Assembly (NCBI GenBank): GCA_051362555.1
Contig: CM120644.1
Location: 6,766,954 to 6,830,953, forward strand
DNA: 64,000 nt
Direction of reading: 5' to 3'
DNA from: Lingula anatina
Taxonomy: Eukaryota > Animalia > Brachiopoda
Shown piece by piece: positions 1 to 13,800 of the stretch. Positions within the stretch are counted from its first letter, which is position 1; each line of letters opens with the position of its first letter. The notes beneath the pieces were generated by a model that was not told the DNA's origin, ran no database searches, and saw only the letters and a list, made by a program, of their open reading frames with translations. The position numbers were made by a program, and so were the translations under genes.

Positions 1-60
1 ATGCATGCATACATACACACACATGCACACACACACACACACGCAAACACACACACACAG
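1..60. repeat. Imperfect (CA)n microsatellite
   Basis: Direct reading. Confidence 0.9.
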
Positions 61-677
61 AGTGAGAGAGGATATGAATGAATGGATGTGTACATCTAAA
101 CAGTGTTGGATATAATAAAGGCATTGATGTTACATCTGGCACTGACTTGTAAAACAGATTGTATCATGGTAATACAGACGCCTAATGAATTACTTATGAC
201 TGCTTGTGTTGTATGGACACGTAGCACATGTCACAAATAGAAGACTTTGTCTTATGCTGATGTTGTAATAAGGATTTTGTTATTATTTTGCATTGCCTAA
301 AATCTAAATTACTATAATTTCAGAAATTATGGGTTGCTTGGGGGGGGGGGGGGTCAAGTGAATTCGTTGATAAATATTGTCTTACTGTCTGAACAAAATC
401 ATTTTTCAGTGCATTAAGAATATTTTTCTGTTCCTTACTAAATTTTTTTGACCTTGTACGAATACTACGTGTCTTGAATTGATTTAATTAGGTCTGTGTG
501 TGTGTGATTGCGTAAGGGGGGGGTGGTGGTCTCGAGACGGCTTTTATTCTTCATTTAGCCAGACCTCTATCACTGTTTATAACTTACAGCCAAGTGGATA
601 TCTGTTGTGAGGTAAGACTTGGGCCAATTGTGTATCATGATGTGTCTGTCTCTGGAGGAGTCAAGGCCAAAGTCTTA

Positions 678-892
678 GACCCCATTTCCAGAGATTAGAT
701 CGATCTACTTTAGATCGACCTAACTCCCTGGGGGTTCACGCTAAATAGCTGTCAGCCGGGCAGACACGAAAGTTAATTACCCCCTTACAGCTTGTAGTAG
801 GCGGGACGGACATTTAAGCCGGATTATCTGACAGTAATCTAGTGAGACTCCCCGCAGGGATAGATCGGTCTAAAAGCTCAGGGAATACAGCC
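678..892. mobile_element. Degenerate palindromic MITE-like element
   Basis: Imperfect inverted arms TTTAGATCGACCTAACTCCCTGGGGG...CTGTCAG (~709-756) versus CTGACAG...GGGATAGATCGGTCTAAA (~828-874). Confidence 0.55.
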
Positions 893-1501
893 TTATGCCG
901 CATTTTGCCAGATGACTAACTAGTCCAGGGATTAAATATGTCCTACCTGCTTGAATGCTTGTTTTGTAATCTCTGCAGGGAATCTCTTCACTTTGTATTA
1001 TGTCATGATTAGGGCATGAGATGGGAAGCTTCTACATGGGTTGATATATATTTGATTGGTGTACTAGTTAGTCAGCTGTTGTGAATGTGGTCTTAGCTGA
1101 ATTGAGGATAACAACAACATCCCTCCAGACAGATGAACTTGGATAGACAAATTGAAAAAAAAAAGGGGGGGGGGGGGGACAGGCAACCACTTTTATGTTA
1201 ATCTATTTGTGATATAATAAAATGACTATGATATTTGGCAACAAAAAACGTGAAAAAAAAAACTGCTGTGCGGAATGTGATTATGTAACCATACTGACCA
1301 TATTTTCAGAGGGATAGAACAGGTATTTATTATTAAATTTGTTAGCTTGACTGAAATTGATTTTTGCATGCAATGGCAACTCTCATGTTGTACTGGGTGA
1401 TCCCAGCTCCATGTGTTACCAACAGGGATTGGCAATAAATAAATAGATAAATAAATAAAAATTAGTAAATAAATAATAGTAAATGTGTCCCACATGAAAT
1501 G

Positions 1502-1533
<32 letters not shown>

Positions 1534-2423
1534 GAATAAAATAGATAAACGAAAATTGTCAGAACATCTGAATGAATTAATCATGTGAACAAACAAAAAG
1601 ACACTCAAGAAATGAAGCAAATTATTTTATTTCTTTAGTCCTGATAAAGTGCTGGTTGTTATGTTCACTTCTTTCCATATGTTCTCCTAAGTTATCCCAG
1701 ACTCCCCTATATGTAGAATGTACTACTAGTATTTCAGTATGGCATGCACTGTCACATTTCTCCATGGTTCAGTTCATTAACAGCAATAAAGTAGCTGCTA
1801 AGTGGTTTTAAACACCTCATTTTTTTAACATTAAATTTTTTCAAGGTTTGTGATTTTTTATTTATTTTGAGACACAGAAACATACTTTCTGCAATAAAGT
1901 CACCTGCTTACCTATTCAAAAGTTTTGAATGAGTTTAATTTTATAAATAAATTTAAGAAATTACTAGCTAAGCATTGTTGTTGAAATGCTGTCTCACCTT
2001 TTATTAGTCTCAGTCACGGGTATTTTTGTTTAATGCTCAATATATATCAAGCAGTTGATATTAGTTCATACCCCCTCCTCCCATTACTTGATGTACCTTT
2101 GACTTATACCATTGGCCACTTTATGAATTTCAAAAAGTTTCAATGCATTTATACGAGATCAAATTACTCGCACTCGATGTTGCTGTGTTACCTCAGATAA
2201 TTATTTTAAAAATTAAAATCTTGCTCCCCTTCCTCCTCCCTTCCCACACTTTAAGATTTAAAATCTTGTTCCTCTTCCTCCGCTCCTCCCTTCTTTCATG
2301 CTGATTATACTGTTTAAGCTTTGATATTTGTACTAAAAACAGATACCCAGTAAAGGCTTTTGTACTTTTAAGGTTATCATACACTTGGATTGATAAAATA
2401 TATTCTAATAACAAAGTGATTAC

Positions 2424-2754
2424 ACAGGCCTATCCAACTACCAGACTCGGCACCCAAGGATCCCGAATTCACCGGTAGATCGGACCACACTACACGTTTT
2501 CAAGGTGTGTGTCAGTATGCATTTCACAGTATCATACCCCAGAACAAATTTTGAGATGAGATGCGCTACTTTCCAACCCCGCTGAGAATCATCACCATCA
2601 CATCGCGTACTAGGCAAGAGCAGTGTATTGTAGCGTCTGGTACTTCGAAGGGCGTACTAGTATTGATGCATACCTTGAAAACGGATAGTGTGGTCTGATC
2701 TACCGGTGAATTCAGGATCAATTGGTGCCGAGTCTGGTAGTTGGGTAGGCCTGT
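2424..2754. mobile_element. MITE with ~95-bp terminal inverted repeats
   Basis: ACAGGCCTATCCAACTACCAGACTCGGCACC...GAATTCACCGGTAGATC is mirrored at the right end (...GGTGCCGAGTCTGGTAGTTGGGTAGGCCTGT); TAC flanks both sides. Confidence 0.8.
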
Positions 2755-3295
2755 TACAGTAGCCATTCATTGTAGTGTACTAGGACCATCTGCCTATAAG
2801 TAAGTGTCTGTTGGTTAAATAAATTATTTGTTGTCCTCTATTGGTTAAGTACTAGTAAATTAAATGTTAATAAAATGGAATTAGTTTTATCAGTCTGGTA
2901 CTAGTCAGTAGGTGAATAGAGCTTAGTATTGCTATTTTTGACCCCAATATTTTCTTTGGAGGTAGCATTTCAGCTGTTGTAATAACCTCTGGTTTCCCAG
3001 TTTGAGGGAAGCAATTTGATTTCACGTAGCCTAATCCAGTTTCAAAGCTGACACAGTGCAAGCTTCTTTATTTTGAGATTTCCAGACAGGCCTGCTTGTT
3101 GTTTTTCATTTTTAGTGCCACTAGATCATAGTTTACTACCCCAATGCAAATGTTAGAAGAGCAGATAAACTGTATCACACGCCAACACAATCAAAACCAC
3201 AGGATGTGCATTTATGCAGTTAATTTCTGAAAAGGGTGTCTTGAGGCAGGGATAAATATCTTCAGATATTTTATTGTTGAGGTTATGAATACCCC

Positions 3296-3455
3296 CAGGC
3301 CCATATATAGCCAGCAATTTAAAAATAATTTCTGAAAAAGTGGACCCTTTACCATAAAACCTTCATGTACCTAGATAAAATTTTATCCAGAGTGGACCTT
3401 TTTCCCAGCAAAAAGGGTGGTTCTTTCGAACCCCCCAGACCCCCCCCTCTCCCCA
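3296..3455 (+). mobile_element. Partial copy of CAGGC-ended MITE family (cf. 58921-59132)
   Basis: Shares TTTCTGAAAAAGTGGACC and CTAGATAAAATTTTATCCA with 58921-59132. Confidence 0.65.
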
Positions 3456-4500
3456 CACAGAGGTACAAAACATGTTATAGAACTTACATTTAAGGTTTTA
3501 TTTATTTATTTTCAAGTCCCCTTTCTTCTCTGTATGGTGGTTTGAAAATGAAAAAAATTATAAAATACCCATGTTACCTTACACTCAGCCAACCATAAAA
3601 CAAATGAGTGATCTTTTGGTTCATCGTGTTTTTGTAAAAAAGAAGTACTAGTACTAGGAACATCCTAGGCAGACTACTAGTAGCTTTGATATTCACAGCC
3701 TCATGAAGTACTGTAACTTATAAGTGAAAAGAGAAGGGCTCTGATTTGCAAATTAGTCTTCAGCATGAGTTTCTTTAAAAAATACATTCAAAAATGCCAT
3801 CAAACTTACATGCCTTATGGTAAGAGATGACATATTATTAGGTAACTAGTAAGTCAACAAATTCCAATTGATATTATGCAAATTTATGCAAAAAAAAAAA
3901 AAAATACACAGTCCCTTGAGCAAGAAGAGCATGTGAAGTCAATACTGGGCTCTGGCAGAAACAAATGAATAAAAGGTAAAGGAAAAGTCATTTTACTGAT
4001 GGGTGTCTCACAGCCTTGGGTCCTCTTAGTATATGAGAATCACTGTGTAACAAACAGGACTAGAAAACTGTGGTATCGACACATATATTCAACCCTATTT
4101 CTTTTAAAACATGATGTGTTATTATTTTTGAGAGCTCATTTTTTCAACCCTGCATTGTTTATATAAGCACCATCATGCAAAATCAGTAGACTACAAGTAT
4201 TAATTGGCAATTACATGGACTTGCTTTTACCATTAGACACCATTTATTAAAAGTTGCAGTGTAGTCGTAGCAGTCTTCATGAAAGCCTCCTGAGTGAGTG
4301 CTTGGTTATCATTGCAGACATGTTGCATGTCTGTATACGTTGTGACATGTTTTTTTTTTTCCCTTGAAAAGCTTTTTGCTTGATTAGTTGAACATAAGTA
4401 CAGGCAACAGAAGATAGTCTGTGTGTTTCCTGGCATGGACAGGTGCTTGTGGTTTTACATATAGGATATATGGTAATTCTTCACAAATTGTGAACACTTT

Positions 4501-4606
4501 GACCCAGTTTCATCAAGGCTGGATAGGGCTATCCTATGGATAAAAATGGATAAAAATGGCCACTATCCTCTAGATAGGACTATCCAGCCTTGATGAAACC
4601 AGGCCC
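4501..4606. mobile_element. Small palindromic MITE
   Basis: GTTTCATCAAGGCTGGATAG (4507-4526) and its exact reverse complement (4580-4599). Confidence 0.7.
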
Positions 4607-6639
4607 TTGTTTATTCAATTATCCTGGGTGTCATTCTTCACTATTCAAAAAAAAAAAAATCTTTCTGCCACAAAAACAACTCGTGCTGGAAAATGTACGT
4701 TAAGGTGCATGTCATCATGAAACATGCTTCGGTCATTTGAATGTCTTGTGACCAAATTACAGATTCACATTTTGGACTCCTTGTTCCTCAAATCTTGGGA
4801 AAACGCCTGCCCCAGGCCTAATTTATAATTGAAAAAATAATCGGAACACTGGCTAAATATCTGCTGTGATTCCCCGTGATTATTAACGAAACTTACAAAT
4901 ATCCATACTAATAATCTTTTATAAACTTTTCATTCAGATCTACTAGTAAATAGTTTTATAGTAATTTCAGTTGCTTCTCCTCATTCATCTCACCTCATTT
5001 GGCACGTTTTTTTAGAAAAACAAAATATTTCCTGCATTATAACACTTGGTCTTATCTTGTCCATTCAGCACCCTCTAGTGGCCTGATGAATCTACATGGT
5101 TTTGAGATTTGGTTTTGCTTGAATTGAAATTCATTGTTGAAGTCCTAGGAATTCAACAACAAACATGAATGACTGGTTGTGGAAAATTGATGGCAAAAAG
5201 GTGCCTTCCTAAGTTCAGCTATGTGTAGCAAACCAAAGTTGTTGAGTATGACCCACAATTACATGAAACTGTCCCACAATGCCATTTGTTAGTGTCCTGG
5301 ACCTGCAGCTAGCACTTATTATATGAGAATTTGTGGATGAAAAAAAATGTGGAAAAAATGTGCTCATTTATTGACTTTAGTGCATTCATGTTTTTTCTCT
5401 GTTTGAAGAATTAACTTCACGCCCACTGCACAATTGAACTGGAACATAGGTGCAGCTTTCCACAGATTTTTCATATTTGTTCCTTATTTAATTTCCTATA
5501 TGCTGAAAGGTCTGTTGTTAATATGAAAAAAAGTTTTCCTGTCAATAGTTTTACATAAAAACAAGCAAAATAACCTGTCATAAATTTGATACTAGTATTT
5601 GCTTTTTATCTATGCTTCAGGAAAGTAAACCCAATCTTCCATGAATATGCATGAAGATATAAGATATGGGCTCATGGGTTTGGTTTCTTTTGACATTTTC
5701 AACATGAAAGTATAGCTTAAATTTAGAATGAGGGAATATGTGAATATATATGTGAACAGTCAGCAGTTTGGTTATAGTGGGAAAGGCTTGTAGTTTTTTT
5801 ATGTACATATATTTCATATCTCTATCCAAAATTTTTTAGTCATTAAAATTGTACTACTTTTTAAATTACTAATACTAGTACTATACTTGCCTGCTTGGCT
5901 CATGTTTTCTTTTATGTTTGGTGAATCGAGTGACATGTCATCATTTATCTGAAGAAACTATAATAAGGGAACAAGATCTAAAGAAATCTGTTCTTAGCTT
6001 AAATGACAAAACACATTTCCTGGCATTCTTGTTACGCAGCATTTTGAATCTGATTTGCTCTTGTTAATAGATACCGTTGTGTCTATACTGAAGTGTTAGT
6101 ATCTATATTTAGGGCCATTCAGTTTAATTTAGCATGTAGTCTGTCTCTCAGCGTCTTTCTCTCAGCTGGCCTCGCTTCAGGTGGATGCATTCTTATCAGT
6201 CTTATGTCACACAAGGTAGATTGCTTGACTACATACAGAGGACAAGTGTATTGTAATCAATGTTAGCTGGGTAAGATTTGATCTTCCAATGTGTTCACTG
6301 TCGACTAGCCCGGCGTGTGAAATGCCCCTTTGTGAGAAGTCTGAGCGCTATTTTGATCCGATCGGGACAAGATAATGTTATTGATCTCCGAGTCTTCGGC
6401 AGCCATTAGGCACTAGGGATGACAGGTTGATTAAAGAGTACATGCTCATAGCTGACACTTTACAACCAGGTGACAGTGCTTTCCAAAAGACGATCTAACC
6501 AAGATGGAAAAGTGTAAGGTACCGTTCAGCTCAATTAAGACAAAAAAAATAATAATAATAATGTGTGCCTTTTAGGTGTATGGGCTTTACTGCATCCACT
6601 CTTCACTCTGTCCTTTTCCCTGTACTAGCATGGAGTTAC

Positions 6640-7170
6640 AGTAGGGATTGGTGGGTTGGAAAGGGTGGGTTTGGATGAAGTGGCTAAGGATGGATGGGTA
6701 GGGATTAGTGGGTGGAGATGTATGGATAAGGGTGGGTGGCTAAGGATGTGTATGCATATAGGTACTAGTAGGTTGGTAGGTAGGTTCGAGAATAGGTGGG
6801 TGGGAGGAAAAAAAAGGTGGACGAGTAGGGTTGTGTATGTAAGGATAGACGAGCAGGGCTGAGTGGGTAAAGATGGATTGTTAGGGCTGGATGGGTAAAG
6901 TGAGTAAGGATAGATGGGTAGGGTTGAGTGGGTAAGGATGGAGAGGTAGGGATAGGGGTTAGTGTCACTGTGTAAGGATAGATGGGTACTGAGTAAGGAT
7001 GTGTGGATAGGAATGAGTGGGGGAGGATGGAGGGGTAGGGATAAGAGGGTAAGGATGCAGGGGTAAGGATGAGTGGGTAATGATGGATGGATAGGGATGA
7101 GTGGGTAAGGATGCAGGGGTAGGGATAAGAGGGTGAGGATAGATGGGTAGGGATAGATGAGTGGGTAGAC
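6640..7170 (+). repeat. G/purine-rich degenerate minisatellite
   Basis: Recurrent GGGTAAGGATG, GAGTGGGTA and GGGTAGGGATA units; very few C on + strand. Confidence 0.85.
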
Positions 7171-7539
7171 ATCACATGCCCCAGAGCATTCAAGTTGTCT
7201 TGATTTGTAAAATCATACTGTCTGGTTCCTGGATTTGCTGCTCGTACTTTAATATTGACTGTTTTGATATTGGCCTTTTTTTTCCTTCACTGTGTTTGAT
7301 AGAGCTTAAAGCTATTTTTTGGTCTGATTAATTGAAGATAATATGCCATTGATCTCTGTGTCTTCGTGGCCTTAAATAGGCCCCAGGGACAGAATGGAAG
7401 GAACAGTATTTTAAATGATGTTCATGGAAAATGTACATTATTGTTTCACCCCGCTGGTAAAAAGCAGTTCCTATTGATGTCATGGTAATTAATGGATTCT
7501 GGTTTTAAATCTTTCTCTTGAGTCGATGATAGGATGAGA

Positions 7540-7710
7540 ACCACAGACTAACATATTCGCAGATCAAATATGGCAACAAATTTCAAATTTTGCTACTCAA
7601 TTTCCAATTAGATGCTAAATAGATTCCGGTGGGGATTACGCAACAAGCATTCAAGCGGGAAGGCCATATTTGATCCATGGATCAGTTAGTCCACTGTCCA
7701 GAATGTGCTC
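7540..7710 (-). mobile_element. Degenerate copy of Harbinger/Tourist-like MITE (family of 52465-52669)
   Basis: CCACAGACTAAC...GATCAAATATGGC and GCCATATTTGATC...GTTAGTCC arms; internal part inverted relative to the other copies. Confidence 0.65.
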
Positions 7711-8539
7711 ATTGATGAGACAAGCAAGTTGTTTGTTTTAACACTGTACTAGTAGTTGCACTGTTTCCTACATTGAGGGGAAAATTTAATGGCAAATTGA
7801 AGTTTACTACTATACCTCAATGAGGCTAAAAAAATGTTTGTCTTCACAGTTAGTATGTACCATATAGCATGAGTCTTTTGAGGTGCATCAGAAAAAAACT
7901 TACTAGTACTACAGCTAAAAATAAGCACTGATTGGCTGTCAGCTTCAGAATAGAAAGTAAGAGCTTACTTCATAGGTGAAAGATTATATGGCACATAAGA
8001 TAACAAGCCAAGATAACATACCACAGGGACTGTCCTGTACTTGCCGTTATCAAGTCCACATTGACCAGTTTGAACGAAAATTGATTTTCGGACAAACGTT
8101 AAAAAAAAACAGGCAGCATAATTAGTAATAGTTTGCCAATGATTTAAAGCTTATTGCTTAAACTACAGCATCTTTAATGAATATGGTTGAACCTTCTTGG
8201 CATCTGTCACTTTGAGAAAAGATATTTTTAGTCTAGTGCTAGTCGACGACTTAAAGAGGGAAGACAGCCCACTTCAAGTGTCAGGTAATTACCATTAGCA
8301 GGGCTTGGTTATTAACGAAAGGAAATTTTTTTTTTTAGAAACACTAATGGCAGGTGCTCTTTCCATTAGTTTGACATTGCTTGATTTAATCATATCTCCA
8401 GAGACATTTTTGTGTTGTGTAACTTTTGTAGGAATGAAACCCCTCCTGGATTTATTCGGAAATTTAGTTTTCTGGGTATTTTAGCTATGCCACTTGAACA
8501 CCATGTATAAGGTTGAGCATCTTTGGTGCTCTTATTCTC

Positions 8540-8571
<32 letters not shown>

Positions 8572-8894
8572 ACGTTGAAAGGTCCACTTTCATCTTTCCT
8601 TCTGCCCGTTTTATTTTTAGGAAAGAATATTGAAGATTTAGGTTGAGAAGTAAAGCATGGGCAACGTCATAGTAATTTGACAGTGTGCATTGTACTTTGC
8701 TGAATAGAAGTGAATACGTACTAAAAGAAGAAAAGAAATTGATTTTTTTGGAGAAACATCAAAAGTCAGTCACTCTTACTGCTAGTTGAGTGAAATTACT
8801 TGGTTATTTTAATATCATCTGAGCAGGTAATGGAGAAGTTATGACTCCTTGCCAAGATTGATGGGTGATTTATATGCATTATGCCTGGAACTTA

Positions 8895-9276
8895 AGTCGC
8901 ATTCACAACCAAATTAGATCCACAGACTAACTGATCTGCGGGTCAAATATGGCCGACCCACTTGAACGCTTGCAGCATAATCCCCATGGGGAATGTATTC
9001 ATTGTCTGTTTGAAAATTATGCAGCAAGCTGTAACTAGTAAGTAGGTCGGCCATATTTGATCTGCAGATCTGGGCTCAGTAACTCAAAAGCATCGCTAAT
9101 TGCGACTGAGCGCAAGCATGGTGATTCGCCTCTATTCCATAACTTAGGGATTTACTCACCCGGGCCATATAATAGCCTCAAAATGAAAGGTGATATCACT
9201 ATCGCAATTCGCAGTGCTTTCAAGTTACAGAGCCCTGATCTGTTAATCCACAGATCAAGTGGTTGTGAATGGGTCC
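8895..9276 (+). mobile_element. Harbinger/Tourist-like MITE (TTA flanks) interrupted by a nested MITE
   Basis: Ends AGTCGCATTCACAACCA / TGGTTGTGAATGGGTCC; TTA on both sides; colinear with 52465-52669 except for insert 9072-9235. Confidence 0.75.
9072..9235. mobile_element. Nested MITE
   Basis: TIRs GGGCTCAGTAACTCAAAAGCA / TGCTTTCAAGTTACAGAGCCC; flanked by AGATCT and TGATCT. Confidence 0.72.
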
Positions 9277-10607
9277 TTATTGTACAAAGATGGATGGTAA
9301 TCCTAGCAAGTAATGTACATCAGTCTGGTAACATCATAGACAAACCAAAGTTCTCTGAAGTCAATTGTGGGCAATTGAATAATTTCAAGAGGTTGTTTTT
9401 CATACTCTGTACAATCTGTACAGAGAGAGGTTGTTCACTACACTAGCTACTGTAAGAATATTCTCAAATTAAATTAAAACAAAGAAAAAACAGTTTGTTG
9501 ATTGCAGGTTACCTTTATATATGGTAAACTGTCATTTCCCTAAACTTTCCTGATGAGATTGTAATTAAAAATTGATTTGATTACAATAAAAGTGATTTTA
9601 TTCAGTGTCCCAGTTTTCTGATTTATTCAAATTAAAAGTGATCACATGATTTCAAATGATTTTGTAGCTTCCAGTGCTTAGATGGTGAAAAGAAAACAAA
9701 CTAATTTAAGTTAATGATTGTGGTAATCTAGAGTCATTTAGTGACTGAAAAATTTCATATCTGCTTGGAAAGTGAGAGCTTGAACACGTTTAAAATGAAA
9801 AAGAAAAAAAAAAAAAAAGAAGGGTTCTATGTGTGAGTGACAGCAATAGTAATTTCCGTGGTGGAATGTTATTGTAGCTGTGGTTTTTCAATGACACTTA
9901 CTGTGGGAAGTATGTTTCAGAAAAGAATGACTGTTGAATATATAGAACAGAGTATTGTGGGTTGATGTTCTTCATTGTTCAGGCAGACAGTGAATGTGTG
10001 GTGAGAGAATTCATTTCTTTGAGGGAGACTTTCTAGAGCTTGTGCAATTACCTGCACTTTTTTTTCAAACCAAATAACAGTGTCTGCGTTCAGTTTAACT
10101 TATAACTTATCAAAGAATTTCCAGAAAGCACTTGGCTTTTTCTGTATTTCTGTCCTGAGAAAGTGGAATTTTATTGGATTATTCTGATCAATTTCTATAT
10201 TTTTTTTCATTACAGGATAGAACATCAACATGTGGTGACCATGGAAACAAGAGCAACATTGTGATAAAATCTACATCTGGACTTCAGTCACCATGGCAAC
10301 AAAATAAGACTCCCATCCCAGTACAGCTTACAAAAAAATTTATTTCACTAAAGTCCACAAAAATTGGCAATAATATTTTATTTAGAAGGTCAAGTTCAAG
10401 GTCATTTCTGAAGAAGAAAGGAGTTCAGTACCACACAAATTGGATCACCAGCCAGCAGATAAGATTATCTTAATAGGCTCTGTCTATATACAGGCTATAA
10501 TCATTAAGATTATCTGATTTGAAAGGAAAGCAAAAAAGGGCCTTGTAGGCATAATTAGGCTAATTTCAAGGTCATTTTAAAGGTCAAGGACAATTACAGG
10601 CAGCAGC

Positions 10608-10830
10608 ATGGTGAGTCGACTGAAGCTCCAGTATTGTAAAATTGTGATAGCCACATCACTGGTGTGGTTTTTATTGGACGTATTCCTTCTCATGTATTAT
10701 ACAGACTGCACGAACAATACATCCACAGTGAACTGTAATAATAACCCCAGGGAAAAAGTTACCACAAATGAAGGATTAATACAGCAGAAACAGAAAAAGG
10801 GAGGTTTCTTGCAAAATTTGATACCTAAAG
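10608..10830 (+). CDS. GALNT1: GALNT coding exon 1 (cytosolic tail, TM anchor, stem); exon probably starts at acceptor 10216
   Basis: ATG 10608; [31 protein letters not shown]; donor AAG|GTAGGT at 10831. Confidence 0.9.
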
Positions 10831-13800
10831 GTAGGTGTACAGTATGTTGTGCTTGGATGGAGATTTTAGTTTAAATGGGGAAAATGGGTATAATGATCTT
10901 ATGCATTTATTTTTTTTCCTTAGTTCTACTGCTAAAAAAAAAGCATAATTTTGGACCTCACAATGGATGCACTACGTAGTACACTAGATTTTGATTTACA
11001 GCAATTTAATCTCACACTACTCTTGATTTTCCCATCCTGCAATTAGAAAGCACTAGTAATAGTAAATATAGTTAGACAAACTTATTGATCATCCATCTAT
11101 AAAAACAGATTTTTCTCCTGCATCTCCTCACAGTAATCTTCTGAGAACAATTTTTGGTTTTCCTTTGAACCTATTATTGATTTTATAATTATCCGCTCCT
11201 CAAGAAGACACTTGTATCTAGCTTCTAATCATCTACGTCTTTGCCGCGTTGCTGCACAACACAAATGAATCTGGAAATTTGGTTACGGTAAATGCTCGTT
11301 TCATTGAAGCAAATTAAATTGATTGCCTGCCGGAAGGTTTTATCGGTAACATGGACAAAAGGGTTTTGAGAGAATTCTTAAAGGTGAATTTGGTTCTCAT
11401 CAAAAAGAGAAATTTGGAGAACAGGTAACATTGATCAACATTTTGAGAAATGAATATTGAAAAATGTGTTGTGTGATATTGATAAGCGACTCCTGTAATA
11501 AAGAATCAGGCCTACAGCAGTCGACGACCTAATTTTCTAACACTCGGTCAATTAGCCACCCGGGAATAAACTCATGGTATGAAAAATTCAGGAAATGAAG
11601 CGTCATCATCTAATGAGAGTGAAAGTCTTACAACAAGTCGCATAGGGAAAAAGACTGAGACTGAGTGGGAGGGGGGGGGGATGATTGGGGGAAAATGGTG
11701 TAAGACTAGAAAAAAAGTGGCAGTTCTCTGTAAACAGGGTTAGTAGAAGAATTTTTGTTTTGTTTTTTTTGTAATATGTTTGAAGAGAATAGCAGCTAAA
11801 TTTTAGTTTTTTTTTTGTTTTTTTTTATTCTTATTATTCTTGGACATATTATTTTTATTTTTAAGGAGGGCTTTTTATCCCATATTTAGGATAGTTTTAA
11901 AGCATAAAACATCAGTTGTAAATTCTCTCACTTACCGAACCAATACCCAGTGCAGTTTTTTTCATATGGAAAAAAAGGTACAAAATTTTAATTTCATCAA
12001 AATTTGGGTTGGCTACACCTGTTAGCCAATTTACCAATTTTATCTGGTCTAACTGACATTACAAAGACCACAAACTTTGTCATATGATAATTGTTTATTA
12101 AGCATGGAAAAAGATTGCCTTTTAAGACGGTCTTACTAGTAAGTACCGTTATATACAATGTGAACTACTGATAAACAGAAAGTAAATTGTGTAAAACTCA
12201 CAAGAATATGTTTCTATAAAAATGAAAGGGAGGGAATTAATTCCTTTACATATAAAATAAACGATTTGAGTAACACACAATATTTATCAAGCTAATTTTC
12301 CAGTTTCTGCACAAGATCAATTATCGTCATGCTTGATCCACTCATTATAACAGTGATAAATATTTATTGGAAATTAAAAGAATTTGCATTCATAGGTCCT
12401 CTTACTTGTAAGTAGTACTTATAAGCATTGTGGATGGCAAAGACTGCTGTTAGAATTCATTGTGGAACAATTTCTTGGCTGCTTCTTGTCCACTGTCTTC
12501 CTCAGTGTTATTATCCTTGTTTAACCTTAGCTAATTAGAAAGTACACCCAAACAAGGCTTTTCCCAGCAAACTGTCTAGCCGCCATTTGGACGGCCGCCG
12601 ACATCACTGGATGGCCTGGCCGATGGTTTTAAAGACAGCTGGATGTCTTTTTTTTTTTTTTTTAATAATGGCTTGGACTCCCTGAAATTTTGTAGGAAAT
12701 TACAGATGATAATCTTAGATGACCTGTAGCCCTAATCCTAGGAAAAAAAACCCTGCGCCCAGATGAACTTATTTAATCCCCAGATCTCTGAATCTCTTCC
12801 AGTATTTAATACCAAGCCCCCAGACGGCCCAGGAGAGATGGGCAAACCTGTGATCATTCCAGAGGACAAGAAGGCAGAGTCAAAGGAGATGTTCAAAATC
12901 AATCAGTTCAACTTGATGGCCAGTGACATGATAGCACTGAACAGGACACTGCCAGATGTGAGGATGGAGGGGTAAGTTGGACATCAAAGTCTTCAGGTAA
13001 TCTAGATACTGAGGTGTTGTATTTGTTGTATTTCGCTCTCTCCTTACTACTCTCCCTGTTCCCCACTCCCCCCCCCCCCAAACACACACACACACATCAG
13101 CGCGCATACACATACACACACAAGCATGCATGCATGCGCTCACAGTTTTTTCCAGGTTTATTGCAAAAGGTCCCCTTTTGTCTCTAGTAACTCAAAGACG
13201 GATTGGTCTGTTTGCTAGTACCTGTCGACTTGTCCTGAAGACTCACTCAGAATACAACCTCGATTTACATATATAGAAAAAAGATAATGTTTTTCTGTCC
13301 CCACACAATGAGAATTACTCAGAAACTTGGAATTTTTAACTCAGAATCAGGTTTAAGGATTGATATATCTGTGAAAATTTGAGGTTTTTAATACTGGAAT
13401 ATCTTTTAATTTATGCACATTTATTATATAACACTTATTGTAATCATATTTCTTTATCTTCTTCTTATTATTATTATAATTACAGCTGTAAGAAGAAGAA
13501 CTACCCGGTAGACAAGCTGCCAACGACAAGTGTCGTTATTGTGTTCCACAACGAGGCATGGTCCACCCTCCTGCGCACTGTTCACAGCATCATCATACGC
13601 TCACCACGCCATCTTTTAGAGGAAATTATCCTTGTGGATGATGCCAGCGAGAGAGGTTGGTACAATACAGTGCTTGACACGTGATTTTTTTCTCCCCTGG
13701 CCCTTTAAGCCACTGAAGTCTGGTAAATATTACGTATTACTGGTGCACTGAATTTGATTTGCCCTTCAGGCCAGTAACCCCAGGTCTGAAATTCACTTTT

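Noticed and set aside
6765-7193. 142-aa P/S/H-rich minus-strand ORF
   Set aside because: Translation of the G-rich minisatellite; no splice or domain support.
9057-9446. 129-aa ORF
   Set aside because: Runs across two nested MITEs; no domain; non-ATG start.
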